From NCBI RefSeq assembly GCF_033153115.1, contig NW_026889763.1, forward strand, positions 15,934,001 through 15,998,000: a stretch of 64,000 bases of DNA. The letters run 5' to 3'. This stretch comes from Saccostrea echinata. Its lineage: Eukaryota. The notes beneath the pieces are model-generated. The model worked only from the letters and a program-made list of their open reading frames with translations, did no database searches and was not told the DNA's origin. The translations under genes were made by a program, and so were the position numbers. This document shows, one piece after another, positions 60,523 through 64,000 of this stretch. Position 1 is the stretch's first letter, and every line of letters starts with the position of its first letter.

Positions 60523-60644
60523 TTGTCCCCTGTCAGCCACAATATAAACATTGGACCACGTTATTTACATTAACATGTTCACAGGATTGACATCGCCAGA
60601 CACTCGCGGAATTTAAAAATTTTGTCAATTTAATAGAAGGAAGA

Positions 60645-60794
60645 ATGGGTCTGCTATCTGAAGGTTCACCCCTTGACTGGACAGAGACGAAGGCGTATGC
60701 TGATCACGTGCGGAAACATGGCATCAGACAGTTTATAAATTTGTATCATAAACTCCAGGATAGGACCAAAGACGTTTTATACTGGGGAGATGAG
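60645..60794 (+). CDS. GCLC: Glutamate-cysteine ligase catalytic subunit, exon 1
   Basis: [50 protein letters not shown]|GTGAGT matches the conserved GCLC N-terminus, with the intron after WGDE. The rest lies beyond the window. Confidence 0.95.
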
Positions 60795-61751
60795 GTGAGT
60801 TTAGGTACACGGGGAAGGGGGGGGGGGGTTAGTAGGGCTATTTAAAAGATAAATAGTGAAATTCCCCTTGTAAGACAGACATAATGCATGATATGTGTGA
60901 ATTAGTTTGCTTATTGAGCAGGGCTAATATATAGAACATGATAATTGATAAAATGTACTTGACTAATGTTTTTTCTTACCCCAACCCTTAAAAACTGTAG
61001 ATAAGCTTAATTGATATGAACATCTGAACATAAATTGTAACATTGTCTATGGATCTCAAAGCATGTAAAGATCACATGTTTTATCAATAGATACAGTGTA
61101 TCTCTTATATTTGACATTTTAATTAAAAAAAAAAATATATACTAATTTATTTTAAACTGATTTAAAGTAATATGAAATATACTTTTTAGTTATCTGTATA
61201 CTGAAAGTAAATTTAGATTTATCAATGAAATCATTTGTTTGGTCCTTAATTCATCTTCAACAGCTGAATGTAAACATTGTAAAGATTCTGTATAAATCTT
61301 ATATACAGTGTCAGACTTGTTGGATTGCTTTGAAAGCTGATAAGTAGTAAACCTCATGTAAGATCTTGTTCTGTGTAAACAGTGCAGACAAAACATTATA
61401 ATTTTAATAAAATTATTATCACCATAACAGGAGAATGTCAAGTGTACAGTAAAAAAATTATTCAATAGACCTTTTAATATTACAGAATAAAACCAAAGGG
61501 ATAAGAAAGGCATATCCTATAATTCCTTGCCTTTATTAAATAACTTAATACAGACATTTGTAGGATGTATTATTTCTTATTTGTGTCTAAAGATTATAGT
61601 GACCTGCATGCTGTGTTAAATATAACCTGAAATTAAAGTCCATTATTGGAGAGTACTTATTATGTAATCCTTTTAAAGTATGCATCAAATGATATTCTAT
61701 ACTATATAATGTTTTAGAAAACAACAACTCTCTGACAATAGATGTAGTAAT

Positions 61752-62207
61752 CAGGGTTTGACATTAACTTTTACAAGTACTAGACCAGTCGGGCTACTTC
61801 CCATAATTTTTACTAGCCCTGACCATAAAATCACTAGCCCTGACAAAACTTGAAAATTTACTTCTTGTAATCGAGAATTTCAATGAGGTAACGTTTGAAA
61901 CCATATTTGATATGCGTGTCAATATTTTTGACAGACTGTTCGATAGTTGAGTTGGGTTCATCGGGACATTTGAGCATTATAAGCCTTAAAGAACATTCAA
62001 CAAACTTTAATAAAATAAGTAATCATAAATATTAATATATTAATTTTAAAATATACTATACGTAACTATTTATACCATATTGATACTGAACTACAGTAGT
62101 TTCGACCTCGACTTGTGTATTACAGACGTGGCTGTTACACGACCAGACTACTCATTTACTAGACTGGGTCGGTCGGTCGGACATGCCTTCGTTGGTGTCA
62201 AACCCTG
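61752..62207. mobile_element. MITE in GCLC intron 1
   Basis: TIR CAGGGTTTGACA / TGTCAAACCCTG, ACTAGCCC subrepeats, and a flanking GTAAT direct repeat. Confidence 0.8.
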
Positions 62208-64000
62208 GTAATATAGGATATAAATCAGTGCTGCAGGGAGTATAAATGTATAATGATCACAATATTGCAAAGCAAGAGTGTGCAGGTATAACTATACATA
62301 GCAGTGATTGTAGATAATGGAATATTTGATTGGTACTAGATGATTTTATTTTACACCCTGTTGACCAGGAATTGGAGCAGACGATTTATTCCAGGTCAGG
62401 GATAGTGTTAACATCACATATCCATTAATACATTTTCATTTACCATGCATACACTTCATGTGAAAGGTATTGTGAAATTTTGGCTGAAAAGTGTCAAGTT
62501 TCTAAACTGCTAGGTAAATATTGGACGATTTGCGGGCAACTAGATGATGAAAAAAAAGCACAAAAATAGTTTGATAAAGTCGTAGAACTTGTATCTTTAA
62601 TGGCATATGAATTGCATTTATTGCTAAAGAAGATCCTGTAAATAGCATGTATGACTTATCTTAATAACCTCAATGAGAAATGAGTGGGCTCCTAGTTAAT
62701 AACCGTATCAAACTTAAATATTTATTTCTTCAATGATCTTTATAATTTCAGTGGGTTTTTTTACAGTTCAATTTTAAAAATTACCAGTAAATGCTAAGGT
62801 ATTTTGACAAAACGATCTTGCTCAATGAATAAATTCTCAAAAACATGTTTACTGTTTAACTGTTTAAGTTTATTCATATTATTAATGAAATCTTTGATTT
62901 GAGAGCTTATTTACACAGCTTATAAAAATATTGTTTTTATCAAGCAGCAGGATATATCACTGATCCTTAAGAAATCTATTGATAAAAAAAGAATTTGTCA
63001 ACTTTGCACAAGATAATGAAATTTCTATCTGTTAATTTCCATCTACATGTATAACCATTAGTTTTACAAAGTTGACCAAGGTCCAGTTTGATCTTGTTGT
63101 ACTATAGTGAGAGATTTCTGAATCCTACTTCACTCACTTCCCCCCTACAAAAAGATAATGAAATTCATCATATTCTTAGAAGTAAATACACCGATTCTGC
63201 AAATTACGATATGGGTGATGTCATAAAATCCCATATCAATGACCGGCCTGAAAACTCAAATGATGTATCAAACCGGCATGCAAAAAACCATTTCAAACCA
63301 GAAGTTGCCTTTGTATAAAGTTCAAAAGTTAATTATCTTGATTTTATTAATATGTACCTGTAATGTATAATTATTTTACTAAAATTTATTGACTTGATTA
63401 AATTCTTTTTAAAAAAAAGTGACCTGAAATTTGCTCTATTGGTCAAGATTTTAAAGAAAAAAGTCTTATTAATGCACAAAACATTATGTGAACTCACTTA
63501 TTAAATTTTGTAAATATATGATGAATAGAATACCACATAACTAAAATGAATAGAATACTACATAACTAAAATCCATGGCATATCATATGTCATATAAACC
63601 CTCGGGCTGATATTGGGCCACTCAGACTAATATGACATATGTGGATTTCAGTATGTAATTAAATATTCTCTATGAATTACATTATTAATTAATTGATGTT
63701 ATGTATTTAATCTGTGTGAAGATTTAAATACATATTGTAGACAAACCTTGTTTTTTTTATCTGTTGTGTTTTAGGACATATTGAACATGTTGAATCACCA
63801 ACAGCACTGTACCATTTTTGTGTTATGTTCTAGAACTTTAACTCTATCAGGATTTTTAAAGACCATTCTTTCAATTTAGTAATATGCATAGATAAATTTA
63901 ACTTTCATTCAGTTTTTAAATACACCAAATTTTAATTTTTCAAGTAACCAATCCCTTTTTAACATGTTTAAGTGTCCAAAAGCACCTCTCCTTTTTTTTA

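Noticed and set aside
63088-63318. Possible GCLC exon 2
   Set aside because: It does not resemble the expected continuation after WGDE ((V/I)EYM...).

Overview
AT-rich, intron-containing eukaryotic genomic DNA with three N-gaps. The repeat content (Meta/Deu-domain SINEs, Helentron-associated satellite elements, Penelope-like and RTE-X-like retroelements) suggests a bivalve mollusc, probably an oyster (inference). Six spliced genes were reconstructed by hand from GT-AG sites and intron phases: (1) a Ly6/quiver-like secreted protein (- strand, first two exons); (2) NDUFV3 (+, 3 exons, with a 5'-truncated LINE in intron 1); (3) a Draper/MEGF10-like receptor (-; 8 EGF exons, a TM exon and a Tyr-motif tail); (4) a CD225/dispanin gene (+, 3 exons) whose exon-2 end and splice donor are tandemly amplified into a minisatellite; (5) an uncharacterised 5-exon, ~450-aa charged/coiled-coil protein (+); (6) exon 1 of GCLC. 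The most striking non-genic system is a family of miniature LTR retroelements whose LTRs contain a tRNA-like Pol III cassette. It occurs as a tandem array with tRNA-His PBS and PPT at 57.5-58.55 kb, and as solo LTRs with 4-bp TSDs. It resembles the Helenus TRIMs, but here two LTR types are mixed in one array. Also present are nested MITE/HINE insertions with readable TSDs, ~150-bp foldbacks sharing a C(GAA)G triloop, and a recurring structured 3' end on Penelope-like fragments. Most short ORFs in the supplied track are spurious.
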